Below, piece by piece: positions 8,642 to 19,000 of a stretch of DNA of 64,000 nucleotides. Origin of the DNA: a virus. The number at the start of each line of letters is the position of its first letter. Position 1 is the first letter of the stretch. Made by a program: the position numbers and the translations under genes. The notes below the pieces were generated by a model. It was not told the DNA's origin and searched no databases. It saw nothing but the letters and a program-made list of their open reading frames with translations. The stretch lies in the IMG/VR virus record IMGVR_UViG_3300027708_001637; one strand, given 5' to 3'.

Positions 8642-9523
8642 TTATAGTTGTTTGCCTAGCGTAGGTAGTATCTTTTTAGCACCTGGCGCCGTTTGCATAC
8701 CTGTGATCCAATTTAAGTTTTTCTTTTGATCAAAGTTTTGTTTCCAAAAACTCTTGGGGCTGTATGTATCCCATAATTCGCCTGGCAAAATACTACGTCT
8801 TTCTTTATATTCTACTCGTCGACGCACAGTATGCAATCCTGTTATTTTAGCCTGAACGTCAAACTCGTCGTAACTATCTTCAACATTTTCAAAATCATGC
8901 TCATACCAAGATTCGCCTAAGAATTGATAAATTTGTTGAAGTACAGCTTTGGGATTTTTAACCAGTGTGTCATATTCTACATAACAAATTTGATTAATTT
9001 CGTTACAAAACATACTTTGCTGTACGTTGATTAACGGTCCGTGAACATAGCCACCAAAGTTTGGCACCTTTCCCATTAACATACTGCATCGATCGTGAAT
9101 ATTGCCCAACTCTTGATGATGATATAACGGTTTGATTGTATGGGGATTCTTTGCATTGAGTTGTTCAAAGCTATCCAAGATCCACGGAACATCTCTAAGA
9201 CAAACAATCATCTTAAAGTCGGGGAATAAATCTTTTAATAAAGCAGTGTCTGCACTCCAACCACGATTGGTATTAAAGCATACTTGGTTACCATATTTGT
9301 AAAAGCTATCAAATAGGTCACGCATTAGTTCACGTCGCCGTTCAAGCGGAACTGCGGCATCCATTCCTACGGCAGTATTAGTATCTTTAGTGATACTATG
9401 CATATAGCTAGCCAAAGGATCACTTATTCCTGCTGTAAATCTAGGATTCTGTTTTAAGATGGCACTTAATAAGGTTGATCCAGATCTAGGTAATCCAGAA
9501 ATAAAGTGGTAAGTTTTGCTCAT
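8642..9523 (-). CDS. PAPS-dependent sulfotransferase
   Basis: 5'-PSB loop ISGLPRSGSTLL, plus KMIVCLRDV...DS and VEYDTLVKNP...QIYQFLG. Confidence 0.88.
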   Translation of the reverse strand: MSKTYHFISGLPRSGSTLLSAILKQNPRFTAGISDPLASYMHSITKDTNTAVGMDAAVPLERRRELMRDLFDSFYKYGNQVCFNTNRGWSADTALLKDLFPDFKMIVCLRDVPWILDSFEQLNAKNPHTIKPLYHHQELGNIHDRCSMLMGKVPNFGGYVHGPLINVQQSMFCNEINQICYVEYDTLVKNPKAVLQQIYQFLGESWYEHDFENVEDSYDEFDVQAKITGLHTVRRRVEYKERRSILPGELWDTYSPKSFWKQNFDQKKNLNWITGMQTAPGAKKILPTLGKQL

Positions 9524-11217
9524 TTATTTTTCTTAACAAGTTTACCAACATCGGGCAAATACAAATATTCAATATCACTGTTAAACAAAGTAACTAATGC
9601 ATCAATAATTGTTTCAACTAGTGGCTGGCCAGCTAGATTAAAACTAGTATTGAACAACAAAGGCACCCCTGTGAGTTTTTGGAACTCACTAATCAGTTCA
9701 TAGTAATGAGGATTTTGATCTGGATTGACAGTTTGCACTCTGCAAGTATTATCTACGTGTGTTACTGCTGGAATTTGTTCAATTTTATCTTCACGAACAT
9801 CTACAGCATACATCATAAATGGACTAGATGTCATTCCTGCCATATCAAACCATTCATTAGCGTGTTCTTCTAAGACAGATCCAGCAAATGGGCGGAACCA
9901 TTCGCGACGTTTAACACGATTAACAAAGTCTTTGCCATCAGGTCTACGTGGATCAAACAATATACTACGATTGCCTAATGCACGTGGGCCTCCCTCTGCA
10001 CGACCTTGGAATAGTGCAACAATATTTCCTTGATCAATTAACTGTGCAATATCGCTAGCAGTCGCATCAACAACTTCAGCATTAAGTTTATTTTGTTCAA
10101 TTAAACTTAATTGACTATAATCAGGAGGAGCACTTAGATATACTGTAGATAATTCTTTTGGCGTAGTTTCTAAAGATTGAACAAACCAAGCATACCTTGC
10201 AAGACCAATAGCAGTGCCGCCATCGTGAGCAATGGGGTCAATATAGAACTTCAAATTAGGAAAACGTTTAACAAATTTATAATTTGCCACACAATTTAGA
10301 CCAAAACCTCCAGAAATAACCACGTTTGTTTCACCAGTAATATCAACAGCCTTTTGTATTAGATCATACATCTGTTCTTCAACAGCCTGTTGTACGTGAT
10401 ATGCAAGATTCTTATCCACATCACGAATAAGATTAAAATCGTTATGCCATTCTTTAGGTTCAGCAAAACGTTTCAAATAAGGATTACGGTTTTCGTCAAT
10501 ACGTGCGCCAGCAGGATATAATGGCATCAATAAATTCTTATTGCCCTTACCATTAATAAAAAATTCAGGAATATATTCATCGCGCTCGCCGTATGGCGCA
10601 AGCCCCATAGTCTTACCCGCTTCGATAAAGCCAAAACCTAGATAATCACTCACTGCTTCGTACGCTTTGGTAATAGTTACTGAGTTATCAAATTCTTGGA
10701 TACCGTTATCATAATATGCAGCATTGCCATCTGCATAACGTTTGTATACTGCATTAAATTCGTGAGGATAGGAACATTGATAAATTGTTTCAGTTTCAAA
10801 TCCCCCTACTACAAAGTTTTCATTTACTTGTTCTTGATGAAATGACCCAGCGCCGTCCACAATAATTGCTACCGCAGAGTCAAAACCTGACCCATAAAAT
10901 GTATTTGCTGCGTGTCCTAAATGATGTAAATGACCCATCTTTGTAATTTTAACATTAGGATTGAATTTACGGGCAAGTGCAGAATACGCATCTTCTCCAG
11001 TCCACGGTAATTGTGATAATTGATTAGTGGTCCCGCCAATAACGATTTCATCAACTACGTGATTGATTAAAACGTGTATCATTGCTCTAAATGGATTGCC
11101 GTCATATTTCATACGGCTTAATCTTTCTTCTTCTGAATAATAAACAACTTCGCCGTCGACTACTAGTGCAGCCGAACCGTTATGTCCAGGATTAATTGCT
11201 AAAATGCTGTATGTCAT
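9520..11217 (-). CDS. O-carbamoyltransferase, NodU/CmcH/TobZ family
   Basis: Motifs EEERLSRMK, HHLGHA, IVDGAG, GKTMGLAPYG, DGGTAIG, GPRALGNRS, REWFRPFA, HVDNTCRVQTV and NTSFN. Confidence 0.93.
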   Translation of the reverse strand: MTYSILAINPGHNGSAALVVDGEVVYYSEEERLSRMKYDGNPFRAMIHVLINHVVDEIVIGGTTNQLSQLPWTGEDAYSALARKFNPNVKITKMGHLHHLGHAANTFYGSGFDSAVAIIVDGAGSFHQEQVNENFVVGGFETETIYQCSYPHEFNAVYKRYADGNAAYYDNGIQEFDNSVTITKAYEAVSDYLGFGFIEAGKTMGLAPYGERDEYIPEFFINGKGNKNLLMPLYPAGARIDENRNPYLKRFAEPKEWHNDFNLIRDVDKNLAYHVQQAVEEQMYDLIQKAVDITGETNVVISGGFGLNCVANYKFVKRFPNLKFYIDPIAHDGGTAIGLARYAWFVQSLETTPKELSTVYLSAPPDYSQLSLIEQNKLNAEVVDATASDIAQLIDQGNIVALFQGRAEGGPRALGNRSILFDPRRPDGKDFVNRVKRREWFRPFAGSVLEEHANEWFDMAGMTSSPFMMYAVDVREDKIEQIPAVTHVDNTCRVQTVNPDQNPHYYELISEFQKLTGVPLLFNTSFNLAGQPLVETIIDALVTLFNSDIEYLYLPDVGKLVKKNK

Positions 11218-12146
11218 TATTTTGTCTTTCTATCAATGTCTGCTACAATACTACTGTAAATAGAATTCAATTCTATATCGCTAAAATTCATAGCGTTTTC
11301 ATTTAACCGATTGGATAGGGATACATCCAAACCTGCAATACGAATTGGGCTGTATTTTCTAATCTTACCCATATCGATACAATTGAAATAGTCGGGATAA
11401 CTTGTATTAATTGGGAATGTACTACCAAAGATAACTGATCCAGGTGTACCTACGGCTCGAGCCAAATGCTGGCCCACTGAATCACATCCAATAAAGTAAT
11501 CAGCTTCTGCAATCAATGCGCCCCACTGACGCAGATCGCACGTATATTTCTGTGCGTATGTATCTTGTTTTAATTGAAATTCTGGTTCGCCAAAGAAAAC
11601 CATATTATATTTTTGTGACAATTTACGAACTAAGAACAAATAATCTTTTTGTCCAAGGCTGCGACTTTCTTCGTCGATAACTTGCTCACGATCCATTTTG
11701 GCACCACGGCCAAATGGTTGGAAGATAACAGTCTTAGGACGTTTTTGCAAATTCTTTAAATCGTTGATTGTATTTTCTGCAACTAATTGTTCTTGACGAT
11801 TGAACACCAATGAAGGAACACCAAGATCGCTATGATCAGTAGTGTTGTTGATCTCACGGTCAAATGCTTGTACCAAACTAATTTCTTGACGGAAGTATGC
11901 AGGATTACGATATGGCTCGGGGGTAATAATTAAATCTGCATTTTTAACTACGTTATCGAACACACCTTTAGTGTCCAAATTATATGCACGATCTTGTAAT
12001 TCTGGAATACCCCAAAGCAAGAAGTCCCACGCCCCAATTAGTACTGCCCAATCTGTATTAGGATTTAATCTGTTGTATTTTAACAAAGCAGGAATTGCTG
12101 CTACCACACGGCCTGCACCGCCATCGATCCAAAATATCTTCTTCAT
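11217..12146 (-). CDS. GT9-like glycosyltransferase (ADP-heptose:LPS heptosyltransferase fold)
   Basis: C-terminal FIGCDSVGQHLARAVGTPGSVIFGST is the GT9 signature; N-terminal GGAGRVVAAIPAL. Confidence 0.75.
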   Translation of the reverse strand: MKKIFWIDGGAGRVVAAIPALLKYNRLNPNTDWAVLIGAWDFLLWGIPELQDRAYNLDTKGVFDNVVKNADLIITPEPYRNPAYFRQEISLVQAFDREINNTTDHSDLGVPSLVFNRQEQLVAENTINDLKNLQKRPKTVIFQPFGRGAKMDREQVIDEESRSLGQKDYLFLVRKLSQKYNMVFFGEPEFQLKQDTYAQKYTCDLRQWGALIAEADYFIGCDSVGQHLARAVGTPGSVIFGSTFPINTSYPDYFNCIDMGKIRKYSPIRIAGLDVSLSNRLNENAMNFSDIELNSIYSSIVADIDRKTK

Positions 12147-12203
12147 TATATGTTTCCTTGTCTATTATTTAATGCGCAGTTAATGCTGCTTAACAATTCT
12201 TGA

Positions 12204-13610
12204 TTAGCGGTACCAGAACCAAACATTCTTACTAGTATGTTGTATTTCTGTAGTAATGTCAAGCTCTTTTCTAAAATCATTTACTGCTCGATTTACTTCA
12301 GGCAAGTTCCAATCGTGTCCTGCAAATATCCCGCCAGGTTTTACTTTGGACCAATATGCTCTAAGATCTCGGCTCACTGCGGCATAGCTGTGGTCACCAT
12401 CAATAAAAATATAATCCAATTCATTATCTGCAATATGATCTGCCGCTGCAATAGAATCCATCTCTAACATTTCAATTTGATCTGCATAGGGGGCAAGCAA
12501 GCTAACAGCGTGATTACGCCACACATCAACCATATCCTGTGTCACAGGTCCCCACCAATCTTGATATGGCTGGTAAGCATCAATAGCATAAACTTTATTA
12601 ATTTCACTGGAGTGGTCTAAAAAGTACCTCAATGTCCAGGCCCAACATACTCCTAGTTCACAGCCAACTAAATTTGTGCCTAATTTTTTAATATAGGCCA
12701 ACAGGCCATCTGCACTTACCTTATCCATAGGAACTATACTATTACCCTGTTTAATCCATAACATCTGTTTAATCATACCAGTGAAATTATTATTTTGAAA
12801 ATAATTCCATAGTTGGTATTTGTCTGCTACACGTCTTGCATCGCCGCCAGTCAATAATAAATTTGTTAACTCACTACCCCAAAGTTCAACAAATCTTTGA
12901 TAATATTGAGTATCACGCTGTTTAGTTTCTTGTGCAGTTTCTACCCCACTCCAACTGCTTTTTCCTTGAAAGTGCAGCAGATAAGATTGACTAACGTACT
13001 TTACATCAAATCCTGCTTGAATAGCTCTGATTCTATAATCAACATCTTCCCCGCCGTGACCGTACAACTCATCAAAGCCGCCAATTTTCTTATAAATTTT
13101 AGAAGGAATTTTAACAGCGTAAAACGGTATGAGGTGGCGGTCAAATAGACCTGGTTTAACTGAGGATTTATGTTGACGTACTATATTGTTTAACTCATAC
13201 TCATTGTATTGATCAATATTCATCGCCGATTCTAATGTAAAATTATCACTAGAATATATATGAGTTTGATTGCAACTTGGCACAACAATACAGTTACTAT
13301 ATCCTTGAAGAGGCACAGCCCAATCAGGAGTAAATGCAATATCATTGTTTAAGATTACAACATCTTTACCATCAGCCAATGCAATAATTTTGTTAACATT
13401 TTTAGCAAAATTCTGCGGCACTTCATTTGCAATAATCGTAACTGCTTTATCACCGTGTGCACCAACTGCATCGTTATCAATTAGATAAAATTTATCATCA
13501 GGTCCAAGTTTTGTATATTTTAAAAATGTATCAATTGCAAGGCCTGTATAAAAATCAGATTTTGCAGTAGATATAATTGCGTAAACAGTACCTTTCATTT
13601 CTTTCTCCAA
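12204..13610 (-). CDS. GT2-like glycosyltransferase fused to a class I SAM methyltransferase (Methyltransf_24-like)
   Basis: N-terminal half has LNNDI, IGGFDELYGHGGEDVDY and LLHFQGKS. C-terminal half has ELGV, IFIDGDHSY and KVKPGGIFAGHDW. True start may be the second Met. Confidence 0.82.
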   Translation of the reverse strand: MEKEMKGTVYAIISTAKSDFYTGLAIDTFLKYTKLGPDDKFYLIDNDAVGAHGDKAVTIIANEVPQNFAKNVNKIIALADGKDVVILNNDIAFTPDWAVPLQGYSNCIVVPSCNQTHIYSSDNFTLESAMNIDQYNEYELNNIVRQHKSSVKPGLFDRHLIPFYAVKIPSKIYKKIGGFDELYGHGGEDVDYRIRAIQAGFDVKYVSQSYLLHFQGKSSWSGVETAQETKQRDTQYYQRFVELWGSELTNLLLTGGDARRVADKYQLWNYFQNNNFTGMIKQMLWIKQGNSIVPMDKVSADGLLAYIKKLGTNLVGCELGVCWAWTLRYFLDHSSEINKVYAIDAYQPYQDWWGPVTQDMVDVWRNHAVSLLAPYADQIEMLEMDSIAAADHIADNELDYIFIDGDHSYAAVSRDLRAYWSKVKPGGIFAGHDWNLPEVNRAVNDFRKELDITTEIQHTSKNVWFWYR

Positions 13611-14395
13611 AATTCTAAATGCATATTTCTATACATATTAGTCAACTCTCTGCCAATAACTTCTTCAGGTGGGGGACTGGCTTTCTTCAATGTAGGCCTA
13701 ACATCGTGTAGTCCAACAAGGCCGCCGTGAAACCCATCATTCTCATCCATGGGCTGTAGATTATTTGTATCTAATTTAAATGTATCAATGTTGATAAAAT
13801 TACAAATCTTATCAATAGTTTCTTGACCATTGCCTACAATATCTTTGTATTCTAAAAATAACATTTCAACATCGCCCGAATTAACACCAATACGTAAACT
13901 AGTATAAGGATGGGAGATGTATTTTTCCCAAAGTATTTTACATCGATTTTTAGTGTTGACTGGTAAACCCGAATCAATTAAATCCTGGTCGACGAATGTA
14001 ACTCTATCATTATTACGCTCAATCAATAAACAGTATGATGCTAGAATATCAGGAATACTACGAACCGTACAAATAATCAATGGCTTGAATCCAAACACTT
14101 GTCTAGTAATGGCGCCATATCTGGGCCACAATCTATTTTTATCAACGATTGTTTGTTTATCAATATGTTTATATGCACCATCGATTGCACCCAACATAAT
14201 ATTGCTGTACTGTTTGGGGTGCGGATCAACTAATGCTTGACTAATATTAGGCCACTGTTCGCCAATTATGCCAACTAGGTCTGCTACTGGGCTGGTAGTT
14301 GATGCATATATTTCTGGATGTTGATTTAACATTGAACTGAGTACTTGACTGCCAGATCTAGGAATTCCAGAAAGCATAACAAAATTCTTGTTCAT
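13595..14395 (-). CDS. Second PAPS-dependent sulfotransferase
   Basis: LSGIPRSGSQVL, VDKNRLW and IICTVRSIPDILAS; clearly paralogous to 8642..9523. Confidence 0.85.
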   Translation of the reverse strand: MNKNFVMLSGIPRSGSQVLSSMLNQHPEIYASTTSPVADLVGIIGEQWPNISQALVDPHPKQYSNIMLGAIDGAYKHIDKQTIVDKNRLWPRYGAITRQVFGFKPLIICTVRSIPDILASYCLLIERNNDRVTFVDQDLIDSGLPVNTKNRCKILWEKYISHPYTSLRIGVNSGDVEMLFLEYKDIVGNGQETIDKICNFINIDTFKLDTNNLQPMDENDGFHGGLVGLHDVRPTLKKASPPPEEVIGRELTNMYRNMHLEFWRKK

Positions 14396-15114
14396 AATTG
14401 TCTACGGGGCAACGATGGAATTTTAGGCACAACAGGTTTTACTATTGCGGGCGGAGTAATAGTTGCGGGTCGGCCAGCTTTGGACCAAACAGAATAATCA
14501 CCTTGGAATTTATAAGGACCGATGTGACTGCAAGTCATACTGGGATCTAACCAAATTTTAAATCCACCGTCTATTAATTTTTGTAATGCATAAATGTCTT
14601 CACTCATCAAATCGTTATCAGTTACAATGACATCAAAAATCATTCTGCGTTCTTTGTTGTCTTTCTTGTCAATATAAGATTTATTAGTATCCCACAAGTA
14701 TTGCATTGCCTTACGATTCATACGTAGGAACCCAGTCCCTAAACCTTGAACTTCTATTAAGCCAGTTTTTGAATCAATTGGACCAGGGACTCTAACAACA
14801 TACTCTTCTCGGTCACCTTTTTTTCGATAAGTGCCGCCCACAACATCAACTGGATATTCTAGCAGTTTGAAGAACCATTCAGGTTGCCATTCGATGTCAC
14901 TGTCAATCCAGATGAGATCGTCGATGCCTGTTTCCAATGCAATATGAATAGTATCATTACGGGCACGCTGTATTAATGCATCAAAGCTGACCCACATTGG
15001 GGTGATTTCTACGTCGTGTTTGGCTGCTTGTTTAATAGTGTTTACTAAACTATTCGTATACCAAACATCTAATCTTCCGTCGTAGCACGGAGTACCTATC
15101 ATTACTTTACGCAT
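14392..15114 (-). CDS. GT-A fold glycosyltransferase (GT2-related)
   Basis: IGTPCY, RARN, DxD motif WIDSD, GLGTGFL, SED and CSHIG. Confidence 0.72.
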   Translation of the reverse strand: MRKVMIGTPCYDGRLDVWYTNSLVNTIKQAAKHDVEITPMWVSFDALIQRARNDTIHIALETGIDDLIWIDSDIEWQPEWFFKLLEYPVDVVGGTYRKKGDREEYVVRVPGPIDSKTGLIEVQGLGTGFLRMNRKAMQYLWDTNKSYIDKKDNKERRMIFDVIVTDNDLMSEDIYALQKLIDGGFKIWLDPSMTCSHIGPYKFQGDYSVWSKAGRPATITPPAIVKPVVPKIPSLPRRQL

Positions 15115-16016
15115 ATTTTATTAAAAAACTCCAACCATTCTCGAGCACGAGTGTGCCAAGAATATTGTTCATTGAACCAAAGACTTTGTTCATTTATAGT
15201 ATAGCTGTTAGCCCAATATGAGTCAATGGCAGCGTTTAGCGTTTCTGCATATCTTTCTGCCAAAAGATCCAAATCATCGCCGTATTGATAATCAACGTAA
15301 GTTGCCCATTTATCACAAGTTTCGGGTAGTGCTCCTAGATCAGTAGTTACAATTTTACATCCTGCTGCACCCGCTTCTATGGCAGCAAGGCAACTGGTTT
15401 CTTCATATATGCTAGGGTAGGCTAATATATGGCTTTGCTGTAATGCTTGTCTCACTGCCTTGTTCATTGCATACCCACGATAAATTATGCCGGGAGTCGT
15501 ACGACATTGATGAAATAAATGGTCGTGAGCGCCAGCAAGCTGATTGCTATATCCCTTACCATAAATTATATTACTGGAAAATACTGTTAGTTCAATATCT
15601 TTTCTATTGAGTATTTTAAACGCCTTGAGCAATACTTCCAAACCTCTATTTGGTGTAGAAGTATATATCAATTTAATTTTATCTTTTGGTTTTTCTTTAA
15701 ACTCGATGGGCTCTATAGCATTTTTGATTACGTGATTTTGACTTAGATTGATAGGGAATCTATTTTGAAATTGGGCCAGTTGCCAATCGCTAACATAAAC
15801 AAAGTGATCAATGGCTTCTATAAAATTAGTGTCAGCCATTCCTGCAATTGCACCTTGATCGTAGGCAAGATGTTGCCAAACAACATTAACACGATTGGGA
15901 TCAATGTATGCAGGATCACACACGCTTAGAACAAGATTGACTTTTCTTTGCCAATCTTGTCCAGCGTATTTTAAGAGATTATTGTTTAATATTTCAGAGC
16001 CGCCAAGAGGACGCAT
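15102..16016 (-). CDS. GT4 (GT-B fold) glycosyltransferase
   Basis: YTSTPNRGL, and LAYPSIYEETSCLAAIEA (the ExxxxxxxE motif of GT4). Confidence 0.85.
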   Translation of the reverse strand: MRPLGGSEILNNNLLKYAGQDWQRKVNLVLSVCDPAYIDPNRVNVVWQHLAYDQGAIAGMADTNFIEAIDHFVYVSDWQLAQFQNRFPINLSQNHVIKNAIEPIEFKEKPKDKIKLIYTSTPNRGLEVLLKAFKILNRKDIELTVFSSNIIYGKGYSNQLAGAHDHLFHQCRTTPGIIYRGYAMNKAVRQALQQSHILAYPSIYEETSCLAAIEAGAAGCKIVTTDLGALPETCDKWATYVDYQYGDDLDLLAERYAETLNAAIDSYWANSYTINEQSLWFNEQYSWHTRAREWLEFFNKICVK

Positions 16017-16026
16017 AGTAACACCG

Positions 16027-19000
16027 TTAAGTGCTACTATTTAACCTGTCTTCTAAGGCTGTTATACGAGTCTTGAGACTGGCATTTTCTTCAGCAAGTT
16101 CTTGAATTGCTCGTACTATAATGGGTAATAGTTTTCCGGGAGTGGCTTCTAGCCGTTCTGGATTTTCTTCCAGCACCAATGGCAACCAATCCTTGACACC
16201 ATACTTTTCAGTAACTGCTAACAATTCCTGGGCAATAAATCCAGCTTCTGAAACGCCAACCTTTCCGCCGTCACGCATATTCCAGGTAAATTTAACTGGA
16301 CGGAGATCCATGATAAATTTTAGACCTAATGGAACATTTTCAACACTAGTTTTATCCCTAATATCAGACAGTGCGGTAATTGTAGTTACTTGAGCACGAA
16401 TTGTGGCAATATTTGCATCACCTAATGTGATTGTGTTGTTGCTGGTTGCAGTGAGACCTTGTGCGTTACAACCTAAGAATACATTATTAGAACCAGAAAA
16501 GGCCGCCGCAAATGCAGTGTTGTAGCCAATAGCAATATTATGATTGCCAGAACTAAAGTTGAGTGCAGACTGTCCAAAGGCAATATTATGGCAACCATTG
16601 CCACCACCACTAAGTGCATTACATCCAATAGCAATATTATTACTGCCAGTGATGTTACCTTGCAATGCACCATTTCCAACAGCCGTGTTACTACTACCAC
16701 TGGTGTTGTTGCAGAGTGCCCTGCATCCAAAAGCGACATTATTATTACCGTAACTATTGCTGTAGAGTGCGCAGATTCCTACAGCAAAATTATTAGCGCC
16801 AGTTGTGTTGAAAATAAGTGAAGCCCATCCAATAGCAACGTTATTACATCCGCTGGTGTTGCAATATAATGCTTGATATCCAATGGCAGTATTATTACAG
16901 CCGGTGTTGTTAAAGTAGAGAGCTCTGTATCCTATAGCCGTGTTACTAGCACCACTGGTGTTGTTGCAGAGTGCCTGACATCCAATGGCAGTATTATTAC
17001 AGCCAATGGTGTTGCCATAGAGTGCACAGGCGCCTACAGCAAAGTTGCCGCTGCCAATGGTGTTACTTGTCAATGCGTTAGAACCAACAGCAAAGTTACT
17101 ACTACCAGTAGTATTAGCTTTGAGTGCCGAATACCCAATTGCTGTGTTGTTGTTACCAGAGGAGTTGAAATAAAGTGCAGAACAGCCTAATGCAACATTA
17201 TTATTTCCCCCAGCGTTATTAGTAAGGGCAGCTTGGCCTACTGCAATATTATTAGAACCAACAAGGCCCGGGCCGCCAGCCTGGCCGTAGAGTGCATTGA
17301 AACCAATAGCAACGTTATTGCAGCCGCTATAGTTGTTAGTAAGTGCTGAGCAGCCAATGGCCAGATTATTTTTACCGCTGGTATTACAGGACAGCGCAAG
17401 GCAACCAATAGCTGTGTTATTTGAACCATTGAGACTGAAGCCAAGTGCAGAAGATCCAATTGCAACATTATTAATACCAGTAGTGTTAGATTTTAGTGCA
17501 CAACAGCCAATAGCAACATTATAGCTACCAGTAGTATTTGATGCTAACGATGTATAACCAATAGCAACATTACTATTACCAGAGGAGTTGGTATCTAGTG
17601 CATTACAACCTACTGCAAAGTTATCACAACCTAACGAATTACTATATAGTGCACCACTACCCAGAGCAGTATTATTGCCTCCAATAGTGTTTAGGAACAG
17701 TGCATTACATCCAATAGCAATGTTATAACCACCAGTAGTATTGCAGCATAATGCATATTGTCCTGCTGCAAAGTTATCACTACCAGCAGTATTTGAATAC
17801 AAGGCACCATAACCGATAGCAACGTTGTTACAACCAGTACGATTACAGTATAATGCAAACGAGCCAATTGCCAAATTATTTGAGCCAGTGGTATTGTTTA
17901 GTAAAGATACTGGTCCAATGGCAACGTTATTACAGCCACCGGTGTTATTAGAAAGTGCGCTGTTTCCTATAGCAGTATTATCAGTGCCAATAGTGTTGCA
18001 ATATAGTGCCTTATATCCCTGGGCAGAGTTGCTGTTGCCAAATGTATTATTGTATAGTGCCAGACAACCAATTGCAATGTTATTGGGACCAGTAGTATTA
18101 TTATAAAGAGCACAGCGTCCTACTGCAAAGTTATTTGAGCCACTAGTATTTTTATAAAGTGCATAAAATCCAATAGCTGTGTTGTTTGAGCCACTAGTAT
18201 TAATACCAAGTGCCTGATAACCAATAGCAGTATTATTATTACCGATGGTATTGGTGAATAATGCAGAACATCCAATAGCAAAGTTGTTGCAGCCATTGGT
18301 GTTCGATGTTAGAGATCCATATCCTATTGCAACGTTATTGATGCCAATAGTATTACAATAAAGTGCGCCACCTCCAATAGCTGTGTTATTACATCCAGAT
18401 GTATTATAGTTTAATGCAAAGGCCCCTACTGCAAAGTTATTTGAGCCAGAAGAATTAGAAGAAAGGGCGTTGCAGCCTAATGCAACATTATTATTGCCAA
18501 TGGTATTGCAAAGTAGCGCACAAGTTCCGTTTGCAATATTATTATTTCCAGAACTGTTGGCTCTTAAAGAATTCGCCCCAAACGCTATATTACCAGACCC
18601 GGTTAAATTACCACACAAGGCCCAATATCCCTGAGCAATATTATAACTTCCGGCTGTATTATTATAGAGCGAACAATATCCAATTGCAATGTTATGAATA
18701 CCAGTTAAGTTGAGCTGCATAGCAGAAAGACCAATGGCTGTGTTGTAAGATCCAGTAGTATTGCAAAACAATGTTTGATATCCAATAGCAATATTACTAA
18801 ATCCGCTAGTGTTAAAGTTCATTGCACTAGTTCCTACAGCAATGTTATTACTGCCAATGGTGTTTGCACATAAGGCACCATTTCCAACAGCAAAGTTACC
18901 GCAACCAATGGTGTTACCTGTCAATGCGTTAGAACCAACAGCAAAGTTACTACTACCAGTAGTATTAGCTCTGAGTGCCGAATACCCAATTGCTGTATTA

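Noticed and set aside
7447-16016. Literal Nod-factor biosynthesis cluster (NodH/NodU/NodQ/NodS/NodC-like functions)
   Set aside because: The enzyme classes overlap, but no NodA acyltransferase, NodB deacetylase or membrane-bound chitin-synthase-type NodC is present. The similarity is only at family level.
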